DNA from: Podarcis bocagei | Lineage: Eukaryota | Assembly: GCA_964188305.1 (NCBI GenBank) | Contig: OZ076886.1 | Length of the DNA stretch: 64,000 bases | Direction: 5' to 3' (one strand) | Shown: positions 15,272 to 30,635 of the stretch, piece after piece | Numbering within the stretch: the stretch's first letter is position 1 | Layout: every line of letters starts with the position of its first letter | Program-made: the position numbers and the translations under genes | Notes under the pieces: generated by a model | Databases searched by the model: none | What the model saw: only the letters and a program-made list of their open reading frames with translations | What the model was told of the DNA's origin: nothing

Positions 15272-17308
15272 TTATGCACCAAAAGCCATTCCATTTTCAT
15301 ACGTAAAAGGAATTTTAGACCAAGAAGCTGCAAATAATGTGAGTGAATATGTGGGAAGGTTTACAATAGAGCCAAAAAATGCAAATGACGGCATGTATCA
15401 AACTTTGCTAGGAACAAACCATGATCAGCCTGCCAACAACTTCTGCTTAACTTGAAGAAAACATGGAATAATATTCCCAGAGAAAAGGGGGGGGGGGGAG
15501 AGAAATAATTAGGCCATTTTGTCTCACCACTGACATTCCCTTTACCACATCGTATGAAGTGCAATTCTGTGGGTATGTCATAGCAAATATATCAGTACAC
15601 CTGAGATATCCACTGTGTATGTGACAATGATAAAGCTTCTGTAAAGCTCTCTACTTTTTTTGAGCAACAGAAGGGAAAGGATTTTCTATATTGTTTTCCT
15701 CTATGGATTATATAAATAAACCAAACTCTAAAGGCATGAGGAACCAAGCACACATTTGGAGCAGGAGGACAGGGGGTGGAGAGATTATGTTTTGGTCAGC
15801 TAGCAAAAGAGAAATGCAAATAAACACATCTCAGGATAGCCACAGTACTGGGTATTCCTAGGAAACAACACATTAAAATCTTCAACCTAAGATCTTGCTA
15901 ATTAACCTAGTCATTGCACCAGGAATCTAACATCTTCTTCCCAGTTAGACCAAAAGCACCTCAGCCTAAAATGTTGAAATTCATACTAGGTTCAGGGAGT
16001 CCTTTCCCCTGGGTCCCTAGACAAATAAAATTTAGACAACCTGGCCATGCTGCTTATACTGAACAAGCGGCACGTCGTAGTACTTTGAAGTTCAAGAATC
16101 TATCCTGCAGCTAAAACCACTGCCAAGTCTACTTCAATTAAGTATGCATAAAATTACGTCACAGTATTTACTAATGAGAGAGCAATGCATGCTGCATCCT
16201 CCAATGAAGGAAGAGCCAAACTGTAACCAATCTCCCAAGTTCAAGTGAATATGGGCCATATGCTTAAGTATTTGCACAACCATGTATTTCACAAAATACA
16301 TTTTTTTCTATCAGGGGTAGAAATCAGTCCCCTCTAGCGATCAAGGAAGCAGCGCACGAGAGCAGATTCACTTAGGAAAAAGCAACATGCTTCATTTTGA
16401 AACTACATCAATATGATTAACTTAGATACACCCATGGAGATACATAAATTCCCTGCTTATGTATTTTAGCTTACAACAAAAGCATGATCAGACACGTAAT
16501 GGTGGCAGTAAAAATCTAATAAAATGCCAAAGCAGGCTCCATAAAATACTTTTAGCGAAAAACAAAGACAACTAAAGAGCAGCTTTAAAGTCTACCAAAA
16601 TACATAGAGTTTTGCTAATGGGGTAATCTTATAGGTTTACTCAGAAGTAAATTCCACTGCGATCAACTGGGCTTAGTTCCTTGTAAGTCTGCTTAGGAGC
16701 GCAGCCTAACTGAGATTTGCTTCAAGTTTAGAAGTGCTCCTGCAGATTAATGGGCAGCATATACCCCTGGCAGAATTTGTTTACTTGGCCCAAGTACTGA
16801 CGGACTTCCCTCATAAGCTATCATTCAAAATATAGGCATTTAATAGCAATGATACTAATTTTGAGCAGCTTCTGAAATAATAAACATTCAACATGTCATT
16901 TAATGCCAGCGCAGCAAGTTGTATAAAGAAAACTTGCTTTGACTGCAATTAAAAAAAAATTGTATACAGACATTAACAAGTACAAATCATACCGAACCAG
17001 AGTACCGAGACTCCTAATTTCAAATACCCAAGGTCATCCGGGTATGTTGGAGAAGCAAGCCTGTGTTTCAAATGCAGCTACTCACTTGCAAAGCCTCTAG
17101 AAGTGCAGTACAAAAAATGATACTCTATGTATGCAGCAGCAACTAAATAGGTATGTGCACAAGAACATTTGGCTTGTGGAGGTAACGCTAAGGTTAGGAT
17201 GAAATGAAAGTTCATGCTTGCCTAACAAGCAAAAAAATGTTTTTCCTACAGATTCAAGTCCTGCTTTTAGGAGGCCTATATTATTATTTTTGTTTTTCAT
17301 TCATTCAC

Positions 17309-17371
17309 CTGGTGTATCAGGAAGACCAGTAACATTGTCATAGAAAGAAGCTCTCTGAAAATTGTGAATCT
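17309..17371 (-). CDS. MYH10: MYH10 alternative exon B2 (EIHNFQRASFYDNVTGLPDTP), loop-2 insert
   Basis: 63 nt, tag/GTGAAT, phase 1/1; clearly similar to the mammalian 21-aa B2 insert (QRASFYD core). Confidence 0.92.
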
Positions 17372-17702
17372 CTATGGCACAGAAACAGCAAGAACAAAGA
17401 GCAGATACACAAGACAGTCTAGTTAGTAAAGAGAAGACAATTTTGAATTGCAAGCAAGCTTTAACAAAGTGCATAACAGGTCGCTATGGTGTAATGATGG
17501 ATCTTCAGCAGAGTGTGTTGATTTCAGGGCCCAAACAGTGAACATAAAGGCAGGTGTCAGGCTATAGATTTACAAAGAAACATGACAGTGATTCCATATT
17601 TCACAACAAGGAACTGTTTACTGAAAAAATGTTCTGAAATGGAACAATTGTTGTGTTCATGCATACTTTGGGGCTGGTTCACAGCCTCTTTGATAGATAA
17701 TC

Positions 17703-17849
17703 CAGTGCTTTTTTCCTTAAAAAATGTTTAGGGGTACTCTCATTTTCCTACTCATATTGAAATACTGCACCTCAATGAGGCTAAACTTAGATTCACAAAA
17801 TGTTTAGGGGTATGCGTACCCCTGCGTCCCCCCCAGAAAAAAAGCACTG
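17703..17849. mobile_element. hAT-like MITE
   Basis: TIR CAGTGCTTTTTT...AAAAAAGCACTG; flanks AGATAATC / AGAGAAAC (6/8 match, eroded TSD). Confidence 0.75.
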
Positions 17850-18329
17850 AGAGAAACTATTTATGGACTGTGAAGCAATAAGCCCACAGGCACACCTTCT
17901 ACTAATTTTACAACTAAACTTATGACAGACATGGAAACGCCCCCTTCTCACAATCCATGCACGGTCCCTGCTCCAAGGCATTTACAATATTCCCAGATGG
18001 GTGTTTATCATAGTCATTACACATTCTTGAAACCTGGCTCCATAAAACCTCAAAAGCATTTCTTCAGTCTTTAGCATGTTTACTTTGCTTCACTGAAGTT
18101 GACCTTAGCGAGGAAATAAAACTGCTAATATTGGACCATTGTATAAATCTATGATGGGCCACACTTGTATAGTGCAGCTGGTAACTATAGCTTTAAAAGG
18201 CTGTTTGTAGACCTGAAAATGATGCAGAACAATGGCAACCAAATTTACCAGAGGCCTTAAGCATGTCCCCTACATAAGGAAAGCTGACCATCTTGATTTG
18301 TTGCTATTTTTGCTAGCAGGCTAGGTTCA

Positions 18330-18660
18330 AGGTTCTTGTGTTAGCTCACAAAGCCAAAATCAACTTGGGCCCAAAGTACCTCAATGACCATCTGGTCCCT
18401 TATACACCACCTCACTCCCCGAGATCCTGGTGGTTCCTCACAGGCCTTAGGTTTGGTAGGCCTTCATTACAGGCCTGTAGGGGTTTGGCAGGTACCAGCC
18501 CTCCCCTTCTTTGAGAAACCCCTTGAAAGCCGTATTTTCTGGACAGGCCTTCCCAGCATGCATTTCTTTTTTAAACCAACCAGTATCTACTGATGTTTTA
18601 AATTATGTTTTATAGATGTTTCTAGATTTTATGCTGTCAGCCGCCTTGATATATTTTATG
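18330..18660 (+). mobile_element. Degenerate L2-like LINE 3' end
   Basis: CAAAGCC..AACTTGGGCCCAAAGTACCTCAATGACCATCT motif and T-rich tail ending GCCGCCTTGA. Confidence 0.5.
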
Positions 18661-19687
18661 TATCTGTAGAAAATGCACTTTCTAAGTACCCAGGAATCAG
18701 CTGGTTGTCAGATGCCTCGGAAGTGCTGCTCAAGGGGCTTTGCAAGCACTTTTGGAAGGAAAACAATACTCTGCTTTTAGATGGAGCATTCTTTTTTTTC
18801 TTTTCAAGGAACAGATACAGAGTTCCCACCAATCAGGTGATATGAAGTATCTCCAAACTTGCTAGATTGGTTGAACAATCTATCATTGCAGACAGCCGAC
18901 TCTGGGAGTCTGATAACAGTCAATAGTTGGGAAGTCCAAACCTCTGTGGGGCTTCAAAGGTAGATGGCACAGTTACTGGTGAGCAATAGCTTTTGCCCTT
19001 ATGTCTGGTTTGTGCTTTCCCATAGGCATCTGTTTGGTCACTATGGAACACAGGGATCCAGGATTAAGAGTGTCTTTTGGTGTAATCCATCAGATCTTTT
19101 CCTAAATTAAGTTAATGTGAAGCTAAGAGCAGGCGTTAAAAGGATACTAAATTATAACACCGTTTTGGAAGCACTCCAAGCAATGCAACCAAGTTTTAAG
19201 AAGTGTTTTTGGTTAAGCAAGCTTATGTTCCGCCATACCAGGCACACAGAAAATTAACAATGCAAGAAAAAGACTCAATGTACTATTATGGTACAATATT
19301 TAAGAGCTATTTAAACTTTGATTATTCAAAATTCTTAGTTTACTGTCCTGTTTTACCAGTGAACCCATTGCTGATAACTAAAACAGCAGCTTCATGAAAG
19401 GTTGAAAGTCGTTTAGTCACAACACAGACTTTCAAACTATCCTAAATGACTATGAAAAGAGTCTACTCAATAATCACACTAGCAGCTAAGTAGCTTGATG
19501 TATGGAAGTGCAATCAGCCCATAATGATACATGTGCAAGTAAATTAATTGATATTGCAGCGGCACTTCAAACCCTCCTGTTGCCACTGCTGGCAGGAGTC
19601 TCAAAGGAATTGCACTAACCCATGAAGGATTCATGTGTAAGCTTTGCAGAGAAGGCCCCAACTCACCCACCAGGATTTACCATCTCA

Positions 19688-19837
<150 letters not shown>

Positions 19838-20569
19838 TTAAGCAAGTGGGGTAAACAGCAAATACTGCCAACCTTCCCAACCTGTTTTTTGTTTTTAAGG
19901 GAAGATGAGTTGCATCTCCTCATATGTGATTGACATTTAAGGAGTGCTGAAATTGTGAAGAACCTCTGCACACACTTACTGAACTCCCTTTTCAGACTAA
20001 CACTGAATGTACCACACTGTCAAGGGTGTAGGGCTAGCAGGCACAACTCCTCCGTCACACTGAATGCATGAGGTGGGTTGTCTGAACGGGGTTTTTACGT
20101 GTACAGTGGATCCACTTAACATGATACTTTCCACACTCTCCCTCTGCTGCAAGTGACCCATAAGTCTTTCAAACCCATTTTAGAGATCACAACTTCCCAA
20201 TGTTTATATGGCGGTAGGATACTATTAAGAAAATGCCTCCCCCCCCGAACCGATTGTAGGGTTATTATCAATTTTTTAAAAAAATTATTCTTATTCTTAT
20301 TTATTAAAATTATCCCACCCTTCCACCCAAAGGTCCTCAGAGAGGCATTTGGAGTCCTGGGCAGTGCCTCACTGATGGATATGACTTTGTTCCTTGAGCC
20401 TGCAAAAGTTCAGGCTGACATTAACCCCGAAGTAACTGCAAGGGTGGCTGAATTTTTGTCAATAGTATCTCTTAAAAGAGTGGTGAATGGCATAATTTAG
20501 CAGGAAGAAACTCCTTGTTATTACATATTTTACATGGCTGTTTATTTGTATATAGTTTAAAATTTTATA

Positions 20570-20814
20570 CAGTGGTTATACCTCGGGTTACATATGGTTC
20601 ATGTTACATACGCTTCTGGTTACAGACTCTGCTAACCCAGAAATAGTACCTTGGGTTAAGAACTTTGCTTCAGTATGAGAACAGAAATTGTGCTCCGGCG
20701 GTGCGGCGGCAACAGGAGGCCCCATTAGATAAAGTGGTGCTTCGGGTTAAGAATAGTTTCAGGTTAAGAACGGACCTCCAGAATGAATTAAGTACTTAAC
20801 CTGAGGTACCACTG
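20570..20814 (+). mobile_element. Tc1/mariner-pogo type MITE, family A
   Basis: TA|CAGTGG..TACCTC ... GAGGTACCACTG|TA; same family as 21640-21873 in opposite orientation. Confidence 0.88.
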
Positions 20815-20945
20815 TATATGGATGTTTTATGATGGCCTATATTTGTAATGCCTGTATTTGTAATGCCTAATAAAGGTTTGGCAAAGTAAGTAAAAGATCA
20901 GGAGCTGAAATTTACTTTTCAGGGCAAGATATGAAAAAGGCACTA

Positions 20946-21198
20946 CAGTGGTGCCCCGCAAGACGAATGCCTCGCAAGACGAAAAACCCGCTAGACGAAA
21001 GGGTTTTCCGTTTTTGTGCTGCTTCGCTAGACGAATTTCCCTATGGGCTTGCTTCGCAAGACGAAAACGTCTTGCGCTTTTTTTAAAAAGCCGCTTGAAG
21101 AGGCGGAGTTGCGACGGACCGTGCTTCGCAAGACGAAAAACATCGCAAGGCGAAAAGACTCGCGGAACGAATTCTTTTCGTCTTGCGAGGCACCACTG
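20946..21198 (+). mobile_element. Tc1/mariner-pogo type MITE, family B (CGCAAGACGAA subrepeats)
   Basis: TA|CAGTGGTGCC...GGCACCACTG|TA; CpG-rich (young); same family as 32880-33134. Confidence 0.9.
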
Positions 21199-21639
21199 TA
21201 TGAGTTTCTGGCAACTACTGTACTTGGGCATGCTGCTAGAGGTGTATTAAAGGGGAAACAACTGATAGCAAGGCTTCTCCAGTCCTTGGCCCAAAGCACT
21301 AGTCAGTTACTATTTGCATCTCAGGAACACAACCTAGCCTTTAAACATTCAGGAGAGGTGAATAGCAACATAGTTTCCTCTCACCCCGGCCCACCCAAAA
21401 TTCAGTACGTTTGATCCATACTGACTTTGATTCAAGATTTGCAGGACCACCCTGCAAAGATCAAAGTGGGATATAGACACTTTGAAACCCATCTAGGTAA
21501 GCCCCAGTGGGAAAATATTGATTCAAATTGTGAGGTGCCTTCTTCAATAGGTACTGATTAAGTTCTTCTACAAATTAACTGATTATACCTATAAGGGCAA
21601 GTTATACCCGTAAGTGTGAAATTGATTTTCTTTAAAGTA

Positions 21640-21873
21640 CAGTGGAACCTCTGGTTAAGTACTTAATCTGTTCCGGAGGTCTGTTCTTAAACTGAAACTG
21701 TTCTTAACCTGAAGCACCACTTTAGCTAATGGGGCCTCCTGCTGCCGCCGGAGCCTCATTTCTGTTCTTATCCTGAAGCAAAGTTCTTAACCTGAAGCAC
21801 TATTTCTGGGTTAGCGGAGTGTGTAACCTGAAGCGTATGTAACCTGAAGCGCATGTAACCCGAGGTGCCACTG
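21640..21873 (-). mobile_element. Tc1/mariner-pogo type MITE, family A
   Basis: TA|CAGTGGAACCTC...GAGGTGCCACTG|TA; reverse complement of the 20570 copy. Confidence 0.88.
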
Positions 21874-22026
21874 TATTGCAGCACGTGAAGTATCTTGCAT
21901 GGAATCAAAATGGGCACCAGAGTTTGGAAGCAACATATTTCACTCTCCAATCCTACCTGATGACCAGACTCAGGAGGCCAAACTTATTCTCAAATAGCAA
22001 GATACACAGGCTCCTGTAGCCTCTCA

Positions 22027-22263
<237 letters not shown>

Positions 22264-23142
22264 CTAGCAAGGATTAATACATAAATAAATGTTTTATTAC
22301 CAGAATCTATTCTGTTCTCACCTCCCCTCATTTGATATTCCTTTCACCATACAGTTGCACCTGAGCAACACAGCTGAAGAAGAGCACATGCTTATGCAAA
22401 AATCAAATCCATATTCACATTTCAACGGGAGATACAAGTGGACATACGTGACTAATGGCAATGGATTCCCCCCCCCCCCAAGTCAGTTGATTTTGAAATC
22501 AGATACAAGAAGGGAACAAGATACAAGCATATCAAGAATTCTAAAGCATCAAGTTCAACCAACATGATGCTTTGCCTCACAGGATGTCTCATAGCAACAC
22601 AGAGCTACCTGAAATGTAATCAAAATTATCAGAACCGAAGTAAGAGCTATTAAAGGTATAGGACAAGAAAGAGGAAAAGAAACAGAGCTCAGTGACATAT
22701 ACACTGAAAGTCAGGGTTCCCTACCATTCAGTTAGCTCACAAAATAATGTGTGACATAAGCAAGCCTAGAGTACATTTGGGCATGTTCCAAGTTACCAGC
22801 GCCTTATTAATCAGATCCAGTGAGGCATGTATTGCCTGTAAGAACATCATTCTGAATTTCAGTTCATAACACATTTTTCTGGCTAGGTTTTGTTTATTAT
22901 AAATTTGCTTTTTAAGTCGCCCGATCAGTTTTTAATTAGAAAAGCAGAATAATAATGCCACAAATGCAAACCAGGAGGGTAGCACTTGCTGGATTTGTCT
23001 ACAGGCACACTTTACAGAAATGTCTCTTGATTCAACACTTAAATCCCAGAGAAGCCCCACTAGAAAAACAAAAAACAAAACTTGGATCGGTAAGGTGTAT
23101 GGAATGATTTACATCAAAGAGAGATCTTGGTTGAGAAAGCTA

Positions 23143-23349
<207 letters not shown>

Positions 23350-23739
23350 CTAGGGGAAAATATCAAGAAAGTTAACTTTTTAGAGTTTTACAGCTTTTGT
23401 ATTGGTTATACTACAATGTAAGTTTTGCAGGGCAAACCATTTAACAAGCAACTGGCCAAACGTGCAGAGTTTTGCACATGATTCTATGACAGCAAGGAAA
23501 TAAGGCAGACGTGCTAATCTCTTACACAGAAACCCCATCTCATTCAGAGCTTACCAAGACTGCTTAAAAGTCAGGAAAAGCCACTGAAAAATGTGGTCAC
23601 GTGTAGAGTAGAATCTTATCCATGAACTTTCAATATTGCAGTTTGGAGCTTCCAGATCCTTTGCAATGCTATTTTATATATGTTACAAAAATCTCTCAAT
23701 CTAGTAAGTACTGGAGATTTCTTTCATCCGTCTAAATAC

Positions 23740-23892
23740 CTCAAAGATTTCAAATCCAGCAATATCCAGGATTCCGATGAAAGAAGCTCCCTGTCGCTTG
23801 GTCCTATCCAGAGCTTTGTTAATGCGGTGAACAAGCCAGCGGAAAAGGCGTTCGTAGGTGGCTTTCGCCAATGCCTCCACAGCAAAGTCTGC
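23740..23892 (-). CDS. MYH10: MYH10 exon ([10 protein letters not shown]...DIAGFEIFE, switch II)
   Basis: 153 nt, cag/GTATTT. Confidence 0.96.
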
Positions 23893-24218
23893 CTGAAAAT
23901 TTGAACGAGAATTTGGAAGAAGTTGTAAGAAAATAGAAATACTAAGTTTAACACAGTTACTATTTCCAATAGAAAGATAATGAACATGCTATTTCCTAGG
24001 TATATTTATTTTGTTTATATCCCACCCTTCATCCCAAAGGAGTATAAATGTCATATTCTAACTAAGATCTAAGCTTGAACGTTGTACCACCTAGACACAG
24101 AAGGCCAGCCATTATGTGGCTTTCTAGTTTTTCTACAGACACACACACACATCAAACTGTATCTCACTGATCAACCACTGCACCCAGTGTACCGATGCTC
24201 AGTGTACTTGTCTCCTTA

Positions 24219-24617
<399 letters not shown>

Positions 24618-24993
24618 TTATCAGAACCTCAACAACTGGTTTTAACACTGAATAAGTGTCCCCCAAAAAGCATTTCCCACAGTTCCTAATGTTAAGGAAC
24701 GCTTTCCAAGTCAACTTGTTTGACAATGTACCCCCTGTGTATTGCAGAGGACTCCAGTGAATGTTCTAGACTGCCAACTCAGTTCATATAGGCTTAATGA
24801 GCCTTTGTACTACCCTACATGAACCAAGGGTACACCCTAGCACACATCCAGCTACATGTTGCAGGGGAACACTGGCAATGGTGGACAAATTGACCTTCAA
24901 GGAAGTTTTTCCACCATTACTGAATCTATCAATGAGGAATCTCAGCATTTCCCAGAACACCATTTGAAAATCACTCAAGGGGTAACACCAGTA

Positions 24994-25234
24994 CAGTCGT
25001 ACCTTGGATCCCAAACACCTTGGTACTTGTCCGTTTTGGCTCCCGAAAGCCACAAACCTGGAAGTGAGTGTTCTGGTTTGTGAACACTCTTTGGAACGTG
25101 AACATCCGATGGGGCTTCCGATTGGCTGCAGGAGCTTCCTGCAGCCAATCGGAAGCCGAGCCTTCGTTTCCAAATGTTTTGTAAGTCAAAAGGACTTCCG
25201 GAACGGATTCCGTTCGACTTCCAAGGTACCACTG
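24994..25234. mobile_element. Tc1/mariner-pogo type MITE, family C
   Basis: TA|CAGTCGTACCTTGGA...TCCAAGGTACCACTG; internal palindrome CTTCCGATTGGCTGCAGGA..TCCTGCAGCCAATCGGAAG. Confidence 0.85.
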
Positions 25235-26129
25235 TGCTTCACATTAATGAAAGGTAGGGCGATAAGTAAGCTCTGCAACTCAACAAGTGAAGCCTTCCAA
25301 ACAACCAATGTAGTAAGTTCATAATTCTAGCATTCATTCACCAGGAACGTGTGCCTGGGTTTGCCTATAATAAAACTCTGTGTTAGCATATAATAAAACT
25401 ATCACTAAAACTCTGTAGATTCAGGAAATACATATTACATATAGTTGTGCTTCATACATGTCAAAGCATGCATTTTAACCAGTATTAAATCAGCGCTCGG
25501 GGGGTGGGGATAGTGAACCCACTCTGATGACAAAGCCAGCCACACACTACTCTATGCATTAACAAGTTCCCTTAAGAAATCCACTTAAGCACAAAGGGCT
25601 GAATGATACAGATGATCCTTGTCACAGAGAATACAAAAGTGAACTAAGAACGTGAGAAAATTCCTACTTGTGTCAGGATTTCCTCCCCCCCCCCCCCCAT
25701 GATTAAGAGGAACATTAGACACGGATAGTATTAAATTATAAAGTCAGTCCCAGGCATACCACCCTGTCACTTGAACGATCAGATTTTCTAAACTTAGCAT
25801 TTATGGTCTCCAATTCTCCAAAAAGTCGTGTTTGGCTCCAGAATCACTGTCCCTGGCAGCATAATCACTGTATAGACCCAAGAAAAATAAACCGATTCAA
25901 CTGCACATACCATTTTACTTGGGAGTTTTAAAGACTTTGCTGATAAGCTCTTAATGAGGTTAGAGTTCAAATACTTTTTCAAAGAGGAAATACCTCAACA
26001 TAGTCTCAGGGATTCTGCAGTATTTAGTAGGTTTGGGGGTGGGGGGAACAAAACACAAGATGTGTGAACAGTACCAGTTTCTTAGTACCTGAAGGCTAGG
26101 ACTTATCGCTACAACCACAGCTGCCTCTA

Positions 26130-26594
<465 letters not shown>

Positions 26595-26898
26595 TCAGAT
26601 CGGGTCATAGCTCTGACAAGTCCAATGTTTCAACAAGTCAAGGTATTTGTCAGAGGCTCTACAAACCCTAAAATAAAGGTACTGAAATCCTACACTAGGG
26701 TAATCCAGTTCTACACCAAGAAGTTATTACTTCTTTTAGGATTTATGCTACTCTTGGAGTGTTAATGAACTACATAATGCCCTTCCCAGACCATTAAAAG
26801 TCTCTGACTTTTTAAGATTTTACTGCTCGTTATGTACACACTTTCAAGTCCATATTTAGAGCCATATACCATGTTTATTAATCTGCGATGCCACACTA

Positions 26899-27216
<318 letters not shown>

Positions 27217-27227
27217 TCATTTAATCC

Positions 27228-27507
27228 TAAGGTTGCCATATTTCGAAAAGGGAAATTCCTGACATCTGCAAAGTAGTTGGGCTTTTGTGGGGAACAAACC
27301 CAAATTGTTGAGCTTTTGTGGTGAAACCTCCCCCCAAAATAGTGATTTTAAGCTTCTGGAGCTGTTTCCACTGCTTTTCCCCATCATGCTGCCATACATC
27401 CGGGTTTCCCCTGACATTTTGCCAATTTGGCAAAATTCCCCCCTGCACCATTTTTACACCCCAAAACCATTACGTGTCAGGAATTTTCCTGATGTATGGC
27501 AAGCCTA
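27228..27507. mobile_element. hAT-like non-autonomous element
   Basis: TIR TAAGGTTGCCATA...TATGGCAAGCCTA with subterminal AAATTCCTGACA / TGTCAGGAATTT; TSD not preserved. Confidence 0.65.
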
Positions 27508-28271
27508 TACAAGACGTTATGGCAGGCCAATATTTCATTCTCTAACAATGACAAAGCTTAAAGAGTTCAGAGACCAATTCCCTAGTATTTATAAACTATT
27601 TTAAAACCCAGATTCATTTTCACATTGGGCTGGAAGCAAACAAAAACTTTCCAGAGGACAAATGTAGACAAGCAATATTTCAGAAGACACGAAAGTAAAA
27701 AATTAGTATCCTCAAAGAACATCTACATCTGGAATGCTGATGATCCCAAGAAGAAGTGGAAGCCTTCTCACAATAATTTGTGCTTCATCTAAAGTGTAAA
27801 TACCATGCTGCTTTGGCCTACCAACAGCACCTTGGCACTATTCCCAGCTTGAGTGCTCTTCTGTCCAGTGTGAGTTTGATAGCTGATGCCAGCACTCCTT
27901 TAACTGCCTGGCTTGAAGCTTACATGTTTCTGTCCAGCCAAGGGCTCAATAAATTTTATAAAGCTTTAGACTGTAATTGTCTGCTGGATCTGTTAATATG
28001 GGTGATGCAGATTTCATTGAGGCCTGCACCACTGCAGCATTCCAAATACAGAACCTTAACTCCAAATACCGAACTGAAGCCTAGCTGCAGAGTTCATTAT
28101 TTAGGAATCACTCATCCAAGGTATCTTGGACAGCGCCAGTACAAATGACCTGACAAACAGAGCCATCTGTGCCCTTCCCATATGCAAAAAGATAGTAAAA
28201 CCATGAAATCAATTCAGCTTCTGTTTAAACGCCGCAACTAATAAATTCAAAAGAATAATGCACTGACTCAC

Positions 28272-28370
28272 CTTTCAAGTGTTCACCTGCCCCGGATAGA
28301 AGCTGATAGAAGATATGAAAAGTCCGCTCATCTTTGGCTTGACGGACGGCACGTGACTTTTCTAGTAGGT
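28272..28370 (-). CDS. MYH10: MYH10 exon ([11 protein letters not shown]...GEHLK)
   Basis: 99 nt, cag/GTGAGT. Confidence 0.96.
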
Positions 28371-29087
28371 CTGAGCCAGAGCAATTAAGGATTTTAATGG
28401 ACAACTATGCAGTTTTGCTGTGAAAAGGAAACAAACTCCTCCTAATTAACAACAGCAATCCCCCCCACCCCATTTCTTTTCACACATTCTATTTTGCACT
28501 GTGTCTTCATCAGCATCAGAAATTCTCAGCGTAGAATTTGATGTGCGAGATTAGTACCTCTAAAACCATTAGAGGTCCTACGCTTCTTCCAAATAGTCTG
28601 AGCTACATCCACCACGGGCTGCACTATTCATAAATAAATCCGATCAAAATTGTTTCCTTGAGTCTTAAAGAGACAGAGAGAGTGCAAAATCCATAAATTA
28701 AGCAGAGGTGCAATACTACTTCACAGCCAGCTTAGAGGGAGACACGGAGATGTCACTGAAAGGAGAGATAATGTTCTCCTGGCACGTGGTGAACTCCCTA
28801 CAAGCTTCCAGGCTGTGGATAAACTGAGAACTGCTCGTGGTTGGGCTACGGAATGCCATCAGGCTCTGATTCAGAAGATTCTGCAACCCATGATTCCTGC
28901 TTGCAATTGCTCAGTGGCAATATAAGTGCACTCTGCATATGCCAATAGCCACAGGCCTTTTTCAAACTACTTAATCTTCCAGAGCTAAGCTCTAAGAGAG
29001 GAGGCAGTTCTGGATGTATAACCCTGCTATGAGTAAATCGTACTTTAGGGAAGACTTGAAGAAAATGAAGTAAATGTGACATTTTTT

Positions 29088-29088
<1 letters not shown>

Positions 29089-29121
<33 letters not shown>

Positions 29122-29339
29122 TATTAAATTTGTTAGTCACTCTGTCCCGTCTAGGGTAACCCAAAGTGAACTACAACCAACCAACCAACCAAATTAACAA
29201 CAAAATAAAACCCCACATAGATACATTAAAACTAAGGCGATAAAGAAATACATTAAAAAATTTCCGCCAACTTCTAAAAGGCCACAGATAGTTAAAGGCC
29301 AACGGCCTGGTTATAGAGGAAAGTTTTTGCCTGGAGCCT

Positions 29340-29397
<58 letters not shown>
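29089..29397. repeat. (ATC)n and (AAC)n microsatellites flanking an L2-like tail fragment
   Basis: (ATC)n 29089-29121 and (AAC)n 29340-29397 seen directly; the intervening sequence resembles a minus-strand L2 3' end. Confidence 0.8.
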
Positions 29398-29398
<1 letters not shown>

Positions 29399-30398
29399 AT
29401 TGTTTTTAAAAGAAGGTTGAAGGAAGAAAATAGAGTGGGAATGTAAAAAGAGCAACTGAGGGAGCTAGATTTCAAAAGTATGTATTATAAAGGAAATATA
29501 AGGCAGAACAAAAACATGTTGTGTTAAAAAAAAATAAGGCATGATGATCAAGGGAAGGGTAAGTATTGTGTAGGAAATATATATGCCATTTTGGGTAGAG
29601 GTGCATCTCAACAGTGAATTTCAACACAACAGAAAGGAGCAAGATATACAAATCTGAGTCCATGAAGCCAAGGTGCTCCATTTTTATTTGTTGACAGAAT
29701 CATATGGCAAGCTCCTTGATTCTAGAATCTAGAGGCCCTTAGGAAGTTCATACTTCAGGGAGCTTTGCAAAGTGTCGTGTCTCCAACCATGAAATTGGCA
29801 TTTTGCTTGCGTACTGTTTTTAAGCTGGCTATAACAGCTGAATGGATTTCAGAAAGGGAAAAGTAGGGAATTTGGAAGTGCAGCATATGTAGATTTGAGG
29901 AAAATGTGGTAAGCAATCAAAATGGTTGCAAGAACTTCATGCTAAATCTTCCACTTTCTGCATTCTGAACTGCAGACCTTTGTGCAATGATCATAACCAG
30001 CCCCAAAAGCTGTAAAGTAGTTACTCATTTTAATTACTTCCTATCATATCTAGTCCATTGGTAATTTTCCCAGCAACAAAATCACCCAGGTGCAGTTTCA
30101 GTGTATACCAAGACAGAACACAGCCTTGTAACCCGGTCTTCAGATGACTCAAACTGATGAAGCTTTATTTACTTCAGCAGAACCTGAGCCTATACAGCAC
30201 TGAGAATTGGGATAAATGTTGACCAGCCTATTGTGGCATATTTTAAAAATTGTGTACCTTGTAAGTCAGGAGTGTGCACCAGAATTTCCTCAATATTAAG
30301 GTCTGTGCCTATTTGGCGCTTATTCTACAAACCAATAACGGAAGTGCACCTCTGCATAAGCCCCGAGTTCTCAAACATAGCCACTGAAGAAGTGTCTA

Positions 30399-30635
<237 letters not shown>

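Noticed and set aside
20827-21414. Arg/Lys-rich ORFs and CRISPR-like short repeats (CGCAAGACGAA)
   Set aside because: Subterminal repeats of a MITE; irregular spacing, no spacers, eukaryotic intron.
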